NCBI GenBank assembly: GCA_963845065.1
Contig: CAWJQQ010000009.1
Coordinates: 1,152,001-1,216,000, forward strand
DNA length: 64,000 bases
Reading direction: 5' to 3'
Source: Nitrospirota bacterium
Lineage (GTDB): Bacteria; Nitrospirota; UBA9217
The translations under genes and the position numbers were made by a program. Positions within the stretch are counted from its first letter, which is position 1, and each line of letters starts with the position of its first letter. Below are positions 29,189 to 40,077 of the stretch, piece after piece. The notes beneath the pieces were generated by a model. That model was not told the DNA's origin and did no database searches. It worked only from the letters and a program-made list of their open reading frames with translations.

Positions 29189-29545
29189 ATGAGAAAAGTA
29201 CCATTTTACCTCGTGTCCTTGTTGCTCATAGTCGTTGCGTTCAATTTTTCAGGCTGTACCAGGCTGTTCGGGCCTTCGGACCCAGAAGTAATCAAAGCTA
29301 TTAACGAGAGCGGAGTCTTCAAGGGCGGGATTGGCCAGCTTACCTTGCAATCGCCTATCGTGATTCTGGAAAAAGGCGGCCGAAATAATGACGGCTCCTG
29401 GCCCGTCAAAGTAAAAGTAACATTTACTTATTATGTAACTAAGGAGAAAATATCCGCGCCGGAAGAGAAAACGGTTGTCTTTAAAATGTATAAAGCTAAA
29501 GACAGTACGGGTCATATTGTGTGGAAGGCTGTACTCGGTTCTTAG
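29189..29545 (+). CDS. Small lipoprotein, unknown function
   Basis: Signal peptide with FSGC lipobox; SD AGGAG. Confidence 0.75.
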   Translation: MRKVPFYLVSLLLIVVAFNFSGCTRLFGPSDPEVIKAINESGVFKGGIGQLTLQSPIVILEKGGRNNDGSWPVKVKVTFTYYVTKEKISAPEEKTVVFKMYKAKDSTGHIVWKAVLGS

Positions 29546-29563
29546 GAAAGGACGATTGTTAAA

Positions 29564-29721
29564 GTGAAGAAAGCAAACCTGTTGCACGCTCCCGCTTAAT
29601 GGTGGCTGTTGCATTGCTGCTAGGTATTCTGTGGATTCTGCCGCTCATAGCTCACACCGGCGGAGTTCAGGATGATTCCACGTGCGCTCTCTGCCACAAT
29701 GCAACGACCACGACTCAATAA
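29564..29721 (+). pseudogene. Truncated exported c-type cytochrome
   Basis: ORF 29599-29721 MVAVALLLGILWILPLIAHTGGVQDDSTCALCHNATTTTQ (signal + one CxxCH); out-of-frame GTG start with SD at 29564. Confidence 0.55.
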
Positions 29722-29759
29722 TGAGATGAGGCTTGCCGGGGTTAAAAGCATCGGGCAGA

Positions 29760-30130
29760 CAAACGATACCGCGATGTCCATGAGAGGACTCGGCAAGATT
29801 CTCTGCAATCGAGATGAACGTACTGCTTACAACGGCAAACCTTACAAGATCAAAGTCGCCTTAAAATCCCAAAGGTCACCGTGGAAGAACGAATCGATGA
29901 CTCTCTGCATATAACCAACAGGGGCCTGGACATAAGATACCGGGAGATCGCAGCACGACCAGCTATTGAAAACCTAAATACACCAATAGTAATTCAGGAA
30001 AAGAAAGGACGGACTCAACCACCAGATCACCCACGGAAAAGACCGTTTAAAGCAAACCGCCGGACAAGGGAACAACTTTCCGTTGTTTCCTAAAATGTAA
30101 CGGGACACCCATTTAAAGGGCACTGTCAAG
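29760..30130 (+). pseudogene. Transposase C-terminal relic (ISNCY/IS481-like)
   Basis: Frameshifted LGKILC.RDER..YNGK.Y.I / KVTVEERID.SLHI...YREI..RP...PPDHP. Confidence 0.55.
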
Positions 30131-30636
30131 TGATAATAGTTATCTTGTGACGAGAAAAGGAACTTTTCTCGTCAAGTCTTTTCGTTACCATCATCCTCAC
30201 CATTGCCGCAATTTCATTTCATTCGATGTCAATTCTTCACTGCATCAGACACCCATCAGGATTAAGGTCATTGGTACTGCAGGATATCTCCACGACCCTT
30301 TCCATCATCGGTGGACCAGAAAATCTTCGCCTCTTTGCCGCGCCCAAGTGGTTTTTCATTTCTTATGGTTATAAATCAACCTGTTATAGTTCACGGCACG
30401 GCCAGCAAAGATGCTGATAACGATATATATTACGGGTGGGGCGGAATACCAATCATTTCTCATGGGTTTGCCAATCCTATTGCTGGTTCACCGCCCCAGC
30501 CATCTTTCACCCGAAGCACTTTCCCGGAATGAACAATACCCTGTCCCGCATGATGTAATAAGCCGCTCTCGCTAGCTTATGAGCAAGTGCAATATGCGCC
30601 ACCATCCTGTTTGTCTTTTGCGCTTTGCGGTTGTAA

Positions 30637-32493
30637 CGGATGCTCTTTCTAATAAATGGCGCGGTTGAACATTTCATCATTTTGTAATTACAGTCTATTT
30701 TCTTCTAGATGGCAGCTTCTTAGTGGTTACTTTTACTCCTGTGCTGGGAAGTATGTTCGGCAATCGGACCCCGGCTGCGGTCAGCAATTTTCCGATCGAT
30801 TCCCGCGGTTCCGGTATGCGATTGTAGCGGACCGATCCATTCACGCCAACCGCCACGGCACATAAGGTTGAAAGCTCATCGAGCCCTTCTTGCACCGTTA
30901 AGTCCAACTGCCTCCATCGTCTGGATAGCTCCTTCACAACACGATACGCCATCATGACCACGAATACGTAGCCACGTGTCCGCGTCGCGAACCGCACATG
31001 AATGGGCCGGACTTCCAATTCCGCTGTCTTACTGGTACGGAAAGCGGATTCTACCAAGGTGAGATCCTTATACCGATCATGAATCGTTTCTTTGCTTGCG
31101 GATTCCACCGGAAGGTCGGTCTTCAGCACATAGCAACCGTTAAACTTTTCCGCTTCCCCAAGTGTCTTGGCGTCCACGGTTATCGACAGCACCCTGTCTT
31201 CTTCGAAAGCCGTCGCCCAATCGGATATCTTGAGCCGTTCAGTTCGTTCACTAATTGTGCGAAGTGCAATCGCGACATTAGCTTTGGGATGTTCCTCAAG
31301 ATAGCGGTTTCGCTCGTCAATCATCTTACGCGCTGACGCGAGCTTATCCTCCCTGGATTCCTTCATTTCCTTAGCTCTCACGGGATTGCGCCTAAGTATA
31401 TATCGCGTCCCGTCATCAGTCGTGACCTCCGCAAGCGCTTGATCGAACAGGTTCATCTGGATGATATTGCGAGCAAGAAGATTTTCAACTTGCGGCTTGG
31501 TAATTGCCGTGATGTAATGAAACCCGTAGGGTTCCGCATGCAGAGCTTCAATTTGACCGCTCTTAATCATCCCTCGGTCGCCCACAAACGTTACATCCTT
31601 CTCCCTGAATCGCTCCGCGACCTTCTTGATCTGCAGCCCAACAGTCTTGGGATCCTGTGTATTACCGGTAAACACCTCCACAGACAGCGGTGAACCTTCG
31701 TTATTGCATAACAATCCGATCACGATCTGCATCTTGCCCTTCTTGCCGTCCCGGTTGTAGCCGAAAGCCGACAGCTCGTTCTCCGTCCCTTCCAGATACG
31801 AACTGGTCACATCGTATAAAAACAGCCCCGGTTTTTCGGCTCCATGCAGTTTTCGAATAAGACGATCTTCGATCGTTGCCTGACGTTCGGCAAGCCAGTC
31901 GAGATTGTCGTATAAATCGTTCTCATCAAATTTCCCCATGCTCAATATATCGCACGCCGCGTGAACCCCGGCCAAACGCACCGCTGACAGCCGCGATCCC
32001 TGATCGATGACTCTCCCAATTACCTGCCACAACGCCAGTTTGCCTTCCCTGGTCGTTCCAAGGGCCTCTACGATCCCCAATTCACGAGCAATCGAATGAG
32101 CAAGCCATACCGCGCCGAACGAAAGCCCTTGCTTCTGAGTCACTGTCATCTTGTCGGAAAGGAGGGAAGCAAGTTGTTCTTTATGGCGCAAGGCGAGCTT
32201 GATTGCGGCAATCTCTGCATTGGAGCAAGAATTCAGATTTGCAATCGTGCGGTGCTTGACCTTGCCGTTTTCTCGGTAGCACTCTCGGAGAAGATAGCGA
32301 GTGTAGGATTTGTCTCCCTGTTTCACGGTAGAGGAATCGACATACATAGTGGTTACTTAAATATCATTATTAAAGCTATTTATCAAGTAATAATATAATT
32401 TAAAGAGTATTTAAGTGGTTACATATTTAGGGCAAAAAAAGGCCTGCCCGTTGCAAGGTAAATGATTTACTGAAAAACGAGGGGAGACATCCG
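30637..32493 (-). mobile_element. IS1634-family insertion sequence
   Basis: Terminal IRs CGGATG.../...CATCCG, 6-bp target duplication TTGTAA at 30631-30636 and 32494-32499. Confidence 0.9.
30695..32347 (-). CDS. IS1634-family DDE transposase
   Basis: LYDVTSSYLEG, FGYNRDGKKGK.QIVIGL, VGDRGM, VESAFR..K. Confidence 0.92.
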   Translation of the reverse strand: MYVDSSTVKQGDKSYTRYLLRECYRENGKVKHRTIANLNSCSNAEIAAIKLALRHKEQLASLLSDKMTVTQKQGLSFGAVWLAHSIARELGIVEALGTTREGKLALWQVIGRVIDQGSRLSAVRLAGVHAACDILSMGKFDENDLYDNLDWLAERQATIEDRLIRKLHGAEKPGLFLYDVTSSYLEGTENELSAFGYNRDGKKGKMQIVIGLLCNNEGSPLSVEVFTGNTQDPKTVGLQIKKVAERFREKDVTFVGDRGMIKSGQIEALHAEPYGFHYITAITKPQVENLLARNIIQMNLFDQALAEVTTDDGTRYILRRNPVRAKEMKESREDKLASARKMIDERNRYLEEHPKANVAIALRTISERTERLKISDWATAFEEDRVLSITVDAKTLGEAEKFNGCYVLKTDLPVESASKETIHDRYKDLTLVESAFRTSKTAELEVRPIHVRFATRTRGYVFVVMMAYRVVKELSRRWRQLDLTVQEGLDELSTLCAVAVGVNGSVRYNRIPEPRESIGKLLTAAGVRLPNILPSTGVKVTTKKLPSRRK

Positions 32494-33051
32494 TTGTAAT
32501 AGGCTCGTGCGTCCTTATCAAATCGACGCACCAGCTCTGCTGCTTCCGAGAATGCCCATGCAAGATACTTGATTTCGCACTTTCTGTTCCCTTTGCCCTT
32601 TTGCTTCTCGTTGATGACCCAAACGGTCGAAACCTTTCGACGGTACGATACAAAATTCCCAACATCGGCAAACCGATTGATAGGGCCAGTCTCCAGCATA
32701 TTTATCATTTCTATCTTGGCAAGAATAGGATATTTCTATCTTGGGCTGACAGGCAGTCAGCTCTCTTTTTTCTTGATTTGCAGCGTGATTTTCTATATAG
32801 TATTACCGTTTTACAGTTGGCTTCATGTGCAGTTCCAAACAAATGATGACAGTAAAAAACACAAATATTGTTGTTTCATTCAAAACTCGAGCCTTGCAAT
32901 CAAATGATTTGAGCAGAATTAAAAAATACTCGCCCTTCAAGCGCACATAAAAAGTGCGATATCTTGATATTACAGACTCGGTTGTTATGACCGTTCCGCT
33001 TCAGAGGTACGAAAGTCGTTGTGCACAGTTCATAGATAAGGAGGCTACATT

Positions 33052-34362
33052 TTGAGAAGTAATACTATGCTGCAAACGATGAAAAGCGGTCCCTTGGTTA
33101 TTCGAAAAGCACCTGTAATAGTTCTCATGTCCCTTCTATTGCTGTGCAGCACATTGAGTGTTTCCATGGCAGCCAGCCTGTCAGGCGATTCCACTACGTA
33201 TCTGCAATCGAGAGAGCAGGCAAACAGCACGAGTGTCCTTGCTGGGTACGAATACCTAAATTTCGCGGCACAGGATATCGGTAATGAGACGGTTTCGTTT
33301 CATACCGGCGGGTGGCTGCGACAAGATTTTCAGGTCAAGGAGTATGGCACAGAATCGAACAGCGATCTTCAGTATTCCTACCTGAGTTTTAAGAGCCTAA
33401 CCGACAACACAGTGGTCAATCTTGGACGCGTGATGGTTTTCTCGGGCGTGGCGGCTGAACGGGTTGACGGTTTTTACGCGCGTTCCGATTTAAATTACGG
33501 CTTTGGTGTTTCGGTATACGGCGGCAGCCCGGTAGAGACCAATATCAAAGAACCCGGCAACAACGTGATTTATGGTGGACGCCTAAATCACCAAGTGGCC
33601 GATGTATACAGAATAGGGATCTCAGCGCTCGAGGAAGTAAAGAATAGCCAGGACTACCGGAGAGAGGGAGGCATCGATCTTTGGGTCAATCCAATGAATA
33701 AAGTCAATATAACCGGCAAGTCCACTTACAATGACATCACCAAGGGATGGATGGAACATACCTATGTATTGCAGTTGGGCCGCTTTGATACGCTTAGGAT
33801 GCGATTTGATACGACGGCGTCGTGGATTAACTATAACGATTACTTCTTCCGGGTTACCACGAACGCTCTCTCCTTAGGGCCGTCCGGGTTCAACGTGAAC
33901 GGTGAAGCGGTACGTACACTGGGAGAAGCGGCACAGTACCGAGTCACGGACAATACACTTATTATTGCAGATTATAAAAATTATGATTATCGCGTTGAAG
34001 GCGAAGCCAATTATTACGGCGGGATGGTCAAATATTCCGTTTCCGGAGTCGGTGGCGCCGGAATCGGGTATCACCGCATGAATGGAAGCACGAACAAGTT
34101 ACGGTACGACCAATATCGGATTTACGGCTTTAAGCAGCTTGGAAAATTCGATCTTACGGCCGACGTCCTAGATGTAGTCTATGACAGCCCCATGAATGAT
34201 GTAAGAGATTCCTATACCGCGACGCTTGCCGCCCAGTATGACCTCACGGACGCATGGAAACTGGGCGCCGACATTGAATACTCCCACGATCCCGATTTCA
34301 ACGTAGATTACCGGGGCCTCGTCAAGCTCCTCTATCATTTCGGCACTAAAGGAGGGGCTTAA
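33052..34362 (+). CDS. Outer-membrane beta-barrel of a porin-cytochrome conduit (ExtB-like)
   Basis: Signal peptide, amphipathic beta strands, near-terminal Y.F; directly upstream of two multiheme lipoproteins. Confidence 0.75.
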   Translation: MRSNTMLQTMKSGPLVIRKAPVIVLMSLLLLCSTLSVSMAASLSGDSTTYLQSREQANSTSVLAGYEYLNFAAQDIGNETVSFHTGGWLRQDFQVKEYGTESNSDLQYSYLSFKSLTDNTVVNLGRVMVFSGVAAERVDGFYARSDLNYGFGVSVYGGSPVETNIKEPGNNVIYGGRLNHQVADVYRIGISALEEVKNSQDYRREGGIDLWVNPMNKVNITGKSTYNDITKGWMEHTYVLQLGRFDTLRMRFDTTASWINYNDYFFRVTTNALSLGPSGFNVNGEAVRTLGEAAQYRVTDNTLIIADYKNYDYRVEGEANYYGGMVKYSVSGVGGAGIGYHRMNGSTNKLRYDQYRIYGFKQLGKFDLTADVLDVVYDSPMNDVRDSYTATLAAQYDLTDAWKLGADIEYSHDPDFNVDYRGLVKLLYHFGTKGGA

Positions 34363-34363
34363 G

Positions 34364-34804
34364 ATGAAAACCATGACAACCAGGATAGCTTTGTTAGCAA
34401 TGCTCTTACTGCTTATCGGCATGTACGCTTGCGTCCATAGGCAAAGTATCGCGACGTCACATCCTGTGGAAGTAACTGGTTTCCCGATCTGTAGTGACTG
34501 CCACACGGATTGGAAGGCTGCAATGGACCACACCAGTGACTATGTTGCACGACACCAGTTCTACGGAGATCAGCAAAGCGTAACCTGCAAAATATGTCAC
34601 AAAGAGTCGTTCTGTTCCGATTGCCACGCGCATAAGGAGGAGTTGAAACCAAGCGACAAATACAAAGATTCTCCGGAGCGAACCTTGCCCCACCAGGGCG
34701 ATTATTTAAGCCAGCACAAAATCGACGGTCAGATCAACCCAGCCTCGTGCATGAGATGTCATGGCCGATCGAATAATGAGAGGTGTCTCACATGTCATCG
34801 GTAA
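34364..34804 (+). CDS. Pentaheme c-type cytochrome lipoprotein (ExtC-like)
   Basis: Lipobox MYAC; CSDCH, CKICH, CSDCH, CMRCH, CLTCH. Confidence 0.85.
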   Translation: MKTMTTRIALLAMLLLLIGMYACVHRQSIATSHPVEVTGFPICSDCHTDWKAAMDHTSDYVARHQFYGDQQSVTCKICHKESFCSDCHAHKEELKPSDKYKDSPERTLPHQGDYLSQHKIDGQINPASCMRCHGRSNNERCLTCHR

Positions 34805-35790
34805 ATAGAAATGTGATACTCGGCCTGCTTTTCGTGGCAGGACTGCTTATCCTGGGGGGGTGCCGCAGCGAGAATAACGGAAATGCAGTATTCGACGAGA
34901 ATCAGCACCCGTCTGACTGGCTACCTGCAGGCCATATGGCAGCCGCAGAAGCTACCGAGAGCGTCTGCTCCCAATGTCATGGGGATGATTTCAACGGAGG
35001 TATTAGCGGGGTGTCATGCACGCAGTGCCATATCGGAGGAGTGAACTCAGTACATCCCGTTTCTTGGGGTACGGGTAGCCAGATCGTTCCGAATCACGGG
35101 GCCTACGTTGTGTCTAACGGCACTACTTCCTGCTCGAACGCCTATTGCCATGGTTCCGATCTTTCCGGTGTTACAAACAGCGGTCCCGCCTGCGCGAACT
35201 GCCATGTTGGAGGTGTAAGCTCCTTATTATCAGGATGCGCGTCCTGTCATGGAGCCCCGCCGAACGGGAGCACTGACCCGAACGTAACGGGAGCTCATAC
35301 AGTGCATAATGCGCTTACCAACGTTACAAACGTATGTAATACTTGCCACAACGGCGCTGGAGCGGGCACAGTGAATCACGATAACGGCGTTATTACTGTC
35401 CAGTTGTTGAGCGTATATAATGCAGAGAGCGGTACGGCTGTATATAATAATGCCGACAATACATGCTCTAACGTGAGCTGCCACGGCGGTCAGACGACAC
35501 CTGTATGGCTTACTGGTTCAATTGATGTAAATACCCAGTGCACGTCGTGTCACTCCTACGGTACTACCGAATATAACAGTTTTGTGTCGGGCCAGCATGA
35601 TTTCCATGTCAATACGGAAGGATTTCCCTGCATCGCATGCCATGATTTGTCGAAGCTTGCCATAGTCCATTTCAGTTCGTTGAATACGACGACGATCGTA
35701 GGGGCATCTACAACGGTTGGGGGACTTGTTACGGACTATACCAATGGTACATGCACGAATGATTGTCACGTTCCTCGGTCCTGGTTTTAG
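34792..35790 (+). CDS. Multiheme lipoprotein cytochrome with CxxxxCH/CxxCH repeats
   Basis: Lipobox LGGC; 7 CxxCH, 2 CxxxxCH, 1 CxxxCH. Confidence 0.85.
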   Translation: MSSVNRNVILGLLFVAGLLILGGCRSENNGNAVFDENQHPSDWLPAGHMAAAEATESVCSQCHGDDFNGGISGVSCTQCHIGGVNSVHPVSWGTGSQIVPNHGAYVVSNGTTSCSNAYCHGSDLSGVTNSGPACANCHVGGVSSLLSGCASCHGAPPNGSTDPNVTGAHTVHNALTNVTNVCNTCHNGAGAGTVNHDNGVITVQLLSVYNAESGTAVYNNADNTCSNVSCHGGQTTPVWLTGSIDVNTQCTSCHSYGTTEYNSFVSGQHDFHVNTEGFPCIACHDLSKLAIVHFSSLNTTTIVGASTTVGGLVTDYTNGTCTNDCHVPRSWF

Positions 35791-35828
35791 CTGTTGAGAA
35801 TTTTTGTTATTTGGAGAATGATTCTTGG

Positions 35829-35860
35829 AAGGCCCGGAGAAGATGGCCGGGCCTTTTTTT
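35829..35860 (+). terminator. Intrinsic terminator
   Basis: AAGGCCCGG...CCGGGCC-TTTTTTT. Confidence 0.85.
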
Positions 35861-36148
35861 CGTCGGTCGCAAGGGGTGTATGCATGCGCTTTTATGTATC
35901 ACTGACCGGGCGATAGGTCGTAAAGCCAACTGAGAAGACACAGGCATTCCGTATTCGTAAATTGGATAACACGTCGGAATGAACAAGGCCGGGGGGTAAT
36001 GCAGGCTCGAGGCTAATCGTAAAAGTAAACCGTGGGGTAGGCAGAGTTACAAAGGTTGTAATATATTACCGACTTTTTCTTCAAGATATTTATAAGTATA
36101 TGAAGTCATTTACAGCCCAAGCCATCGGAACCTGAAAACGACGTGCCC

Positions 36149-36616
36149 TTACTCATCGTCCGAAGCTTGTTTGCCGGATTGGCTTTGACGGACTCTTTCA
36201 TACGCACTCAACGGTCGTTTCGCTGGGTTCTTACGTACTCCTCCCGCGAATGGATCGAACGGAGAATAGGGGACTGCCGGGACGTTCCTTGTCTCATGGA
36301 GGATGTACATTTCATAGGTCAACCCATCGGTACCTTGGAGCACAATACTGTCTTCCCGTACCTTAATCAGCTGCGACCCATCCGGCAATTTTTCGAATAA
36401 TCTGAAAAAAGACTGTTCACCTTTCGATATGATAACAACCGCACCGGAAAAATCTTCGCTTCGTATCGTACCAACGAGGCTGTAACCAGGTGGAGTTGTG
36501 GCCTGCGCATCCACCTGACTAATCAAGGAAAGCGGCACAAAGATGAGGAGGTTTATAAGAAACAGATTCCTAACGCTTTTTTTTATCACAATACGGTATG
36601 GAGATGAAGACGCCAT
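36149..36616 (-). CDS. Membrane-anchored GspC/PilP-like (T2SS HR-domain) protein
   Basis: TM then Y.LVGTI...GAVV...GEQ.FFRL.E.LPDG..L..V..DSIVL. Confidence 0.55.
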   Translation of the reverse strand: MASSSPYRIVIKKSVRNLFLINLLIFVPLSLISQVDAQATTPPGYSLVGTIRSEDFSGAVVIISKGEQSFFRLFEKLPDGSQLIKVREDSIVLQGTDGLTYEMYILHETRNVPAVPYSPFDPFAGGVRKNPAKRPLSAYERVRQSQSGKQASDDE

Positions 36617-36944
36617 AGAAAATAATACTCCATCAGTATCCCTCTGTCAATAAACACGTTAAATCAGTTAATCGATTTCGAAAAAAAAGCATGGTGCACC
36701 GCTCTGAAATTCCTTAAAAAAGAAGAAATAAGAGGAAACCCCCTTATCATGCCATTTTTCCCGCAATGAACCTGCGATTGCTTTCTTAAATCCTGCATGA
36801 ATACTTTAATGATCGCCAATAATGCTTTGACTATAGCAATCCCACTGCAAATTCACTACAATAAGTGAACCTAACTAATAAATTAGGGTCACTAATATTT
36901 CATTGAAGGCTGGGTTAGGCTTGACCGTATCCCCGCATTCAATC

Positions 36945-37441
36945 TTCAAATCTATATCGCAGTGCTCCGGAGTGCACATACTTCCTACTATTCTTCCGAC
37001 GATGAGTGATGAGTCCGACGACGTGTTCGAACATTGGAGCGGTCTGAACCCACATTGGTTGGTGCGGCCGCCGGTATAGAAGGAGAGATATTTACTGGAG
37101 AATCGTTGTTTGCCAGTGGTGGAGCGACAAACCAAGACGTCTTTTCATGGGAAATAAACATATCATTGAGAGTATCGTCGGTCCCCTTGACCGAGATGCT
37201 GTCGTCTCACACCTGGACGAGTTGAGACCCATCCGGCAATTTCTCGAATAATCTGAAAAAGGACTGTTTACCTTTCTAGACTTTATTCACCGCTTCGCAT
37301 CGTTCCAATGGGATTGTAACCCGATTGAGCGACGACGTGACCATGCACCTGATTGATCAAATAAAGCAGAAGAAAGAGGAGGCTGCGAGCCAGAACAAAC
37401 TTCCAGATTATTTCATGTTTGATGGTGGAGAAGTGTATCAT
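36945..37441 (-). pseudogene. Degenerate paralogue of 36149-36616
   Basis: Near-identical nucleotide stretch (gacccatccggcaattt.tcgaataatctgaaaaa) with internal stop codons and a deletion. Confidence 0.8.
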
Positions 37442-37605
37442 TGCTAGAAATTTTAAAATAGTACCACCTCGGTTGCTTGCTGTCAATGATAACATTGGGA
37501 TAGCTATACCGATTTCAGGGATGTGTAATTGTAATACCTTGAAAGCTCGTGTAAAAAAAAACATAAAAATCGCGTCATCATGTCTTTTTTAATCTTGTGG
37601 TTGCA

Positions 37606-38487
37606 TTAAAGTGTGATTTCAGTGCCGATGCCCTCGGTGGTAAATATTTCGAGCAGCAAGGCATGAGAGACTCTCCCGTCGATGATATGTACCTTGGCGC
37701 AGCCTGCGTCGAGGGCTTCAAAGCAGGATTTTGTTTTTGGTAACATTCCACCTGCTATAGTGCCTGCATTAATCAACATCTCTACCTTTTTTTTATTGAT
37801 TGTGGGAATAAGGTTGTTCTCCTTGTCGAGAATCCCCGCTTGGTCGGTAAGCACAATAAGTTTTTCCGCCTTTAATGCACCGGCTATTGCCCCGGCCACA
37901 TGGTCGGCATTGATATTGAAAGTTTCTCCGTTCGCCCCGGCTCCCACGGGCGCAATAACAGGGATGAAACCGCCTTGGTCTAATGCAAAAAGCGCTCCGG
38001 GCCTGACTTCGATTATTTCTCCTACGAGTCCGATATCGATGGTTTCGGTCTCTCCGGTTTCATGAGACCTTTTCTTCATCTTGAGTTTCCTGGCCTGTAT
38101 CAGTCCCCCGTCTTTTCCTGTAAGGCCGACGGCTTTTCCTCCAGAGTGGTTAATGAGGTTCACGATTTCCTTATTCACCTTGCCGCCGAGGACCATTTCG
38201 ACGATGTCCATGGTCTCCTCGTCGGTTACGCGCTGTCCAGATACGAAAGTTGGCTTCTTTCCCATTTGCTCCATAATCTTTCCGATTTGTGGCCCACCTC
38301 CATGCACGATTACCGGATTGATGCCTATATAGCGCATCAGCACAACGTCCTGAGCAAAGCCTTGTTTCAGACTCTCGTCGACCATGGCGTTGCCGCCGTA
38401 CTTGATGACAAACGTCTTGCCACGGAAAGTCTGAATATAGGGCATGGCCTCGATGAGGGTCATAGCTTTTTGGATCAGCTTTTCCAT
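37606..38487 (-). CDS. argB: Acetylglutamate kinase
   Basis: [29 protein letters not shown]. Confidence 0.97.
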   Translation of the reverse strand: MEKLIQKAMTLIEAMPYIQTFRGKTFVIKYGGNAMVDESLKQGFAQDVVLMRYIGINPVIVHGGGPQIGKIMEQMGKKPTFVSGQRVTDEETMDIVEMVLGGKVNKEIVNLINHSGGKAVGLTGKDGGLIQARKLKMKKRSHETGETETIDIGLVGEIIEVRPGALFALDQGGFIPVIAPVGAGANGETFNINADHVAGAIAGALKAEKLIVLTDQAGILDKENNLIPTINKKKVEMLINAGTIAGGMLPKTKSCFEALDAGCAKVHIIDGRVSHALLLEIFTTEGIGTEITL

Positions 38488-38631
38488 AGAAACCTCAAAG
38501 AAAAAAATGATTAAACCACAGAAGCCACGGAGAACACGGATGATAAATAAGATTTAATCGTAAGCTCAACGCGTTTATTTAGTGAATACTGGATTTTTTC
38601 TTAGTCTTACGTGTGCTCTGTGGGTAAAACA

Positions 38632-39975
38632 TCATAAAATGTATCTGCTCAGATCCTCACTCTTCAGCACCTCAGCCAATCGTTCCTGTACGTACTTTGC
38701 ATCGATCGAGACCTTTGCCCCTTTTTTTTCAGGCGCATCGAACGAGATTTCGTCGAGTAGCCTCTCCATGATCGTATGAAGCCTGCGGGCTCCGATGTTT
38801 TCGGTCCGTTCGTTCACCTGAGCTGCTATGCCGGCAATTTCTTCGATAGAATCTTTTGAGAAGTTAAGAGTGATTTCCTCAGTCGCCATAAGCGCGACAT
38901 GCTGTTTGATGAGCGCGTTCTGCGGTTCTGTCAAAATACGAACGAAATCCTCCTTGCCGAGGGAGTCAAGCTCAACCCGAATCGGAAAACGGCCCTGCAG
39001 CTCCGGGATGAGGTCCGACGGTTTTGATACATGAAATGCGCCTGCTGCAACGAAGAGAATGTGGTCGGTTTTAACCGGTCCGTATTTGGTCGAAATCGTC
39101 GAGCCTTCCACGATTGGCAGAAGGTCCCGTTGCACTCCTTCGCGCGATACATCCGGACCGTGCGATTCACGGCCGGCAATCTTGTCAATCTCGTCGAGGA
39201 ACACAATGCCTGATTGTTCCACGCGTTCAAGCGCTTCACGGGTCACTTTATCCATGTCAATGAGCTTCGCAGCCTCTTCTTGCACAAGGAGCCTCAATCC
39301 ATCTGGAACTTTCACTTTGCGGCGTTTCGTTTTTTCTGGAAGCAGTCCTCCAAGCATTTCCTTGAGGTTCATTTCGATTTCTTCCATGCCGACATTGGAA
39401 ACGATACCGAAGGGCATTACTTTTTCTTTCGTTTCGAGCTCTACAGTGCGGTTGTCAAGCTTTCCCTCACGGAGTTGCTGTCTCAACTTTTCCCGCGTTG
39501 TTGAATGCTGTTCCTGCTGCTCTGATGTTGGGGCTTCCGATCCCGGGGAATTCCTGAGTGGAGGTAAGAGGAGATCAAGCAGCCGCTCTTCTGCCATAGC
39601 CTCTGCTTTTTCTTTTACAATCTCGGCCATTTCGTTTTTAACCATGTTTATCCCGATTTCTGTAAGATCACGCACGATTGAGTCAACATCGCGTCCAACA
39701 TATCCCACTTCGGTAAACTTTGAAGCCTCAATCTTGAGGAATGGTGCCTGGACAAGTTTAGCGAGCCTTCGGGCAATCTCGGTTTTCCCGACGCCAGTGG
39801 GGCCGATCATGATGATGTTCTTCGGCATTACTTCATCGCGTAATTCTTCGGACAAGCGCTGACGTCTCCAGCGGTTTCTGAGCGCGATGGCGACGGCCCG
39901 CTTGGCCTTATGCTGGCCAATGATATACTTGTCCAATTCTTCGACAACTTGACGCGGGGTAAGAGAATTTTTCAA
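38632..39975 (-). CDS. hslU: HslUV protease ATPase subunit
   Basis: [37 protein letters not shown]. Confidence 0.98.
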   Translation of the reverse strand: MKNSLTPRQVVEELDKYIIGQHKAKRAVAIALRNRWRRQRLSEELRDEVMPKNIIMIGPTGVGKTEIARRLAKLVQAPFLKIEASKFTEVGYVGRDVDSIVRDLTEIGINMVKNEMAEIVKEKAEAMAEERLLDLLLPPLRNSPGSEAPTSEQQEQHSTTREKLRQQLREGKLDNRTVELETKEKVMPFGIVSNVGMEEIEMNLKEMLGGLLPEKTKRRKVKVPDGLRLLVQEEAAKLIDMDKVTREALERVEQSGIVFLDEIDKIAGRESHGPDVSREGVQRDLLPIVEGSTISTKYGPVKTDHILFVAAGAFHVSKPSDLIPELQGRFPIRVELDSLGKEDFVRILTEPQNALIKQHVALMATEEITLNFSKDSIEEIAGIAAQVNERTENIGARRLHTIMERLLDEISFDAPEKKGAKVSIDAKYVQERLAEVLKSEDLSRYIL

Positions 39976-40077
39976 GAAAACCTCCAGAGTATCGTCAAAC
40001 AGCAGATAGTAGATGGTAGGGGAGGGAGGCAGGAGAAGAGCAGGTTACATCTTCTCTTGGCTACTGTCTACTTTATA

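Larger units (their letters stand above)
30507..32710 (-). pseudogene. IS110-family transposase relic split by IS1634
   Basis: LETG.I.RF..VGNFVSY...YLAWAFSEAAE...AYYN (32494-32710) rejoins in frame with RKAQKTN..AH.ALAHKLARAAYYIMRD (30507-30636). Confidence 0.85.

Noticed and set aside
35900..35940. c-di-GMP-I/GEMM-like riboswitch (GGTCGTAAAGCC)
   Set aside because: Partial motif only and no downstream gene on that strand.
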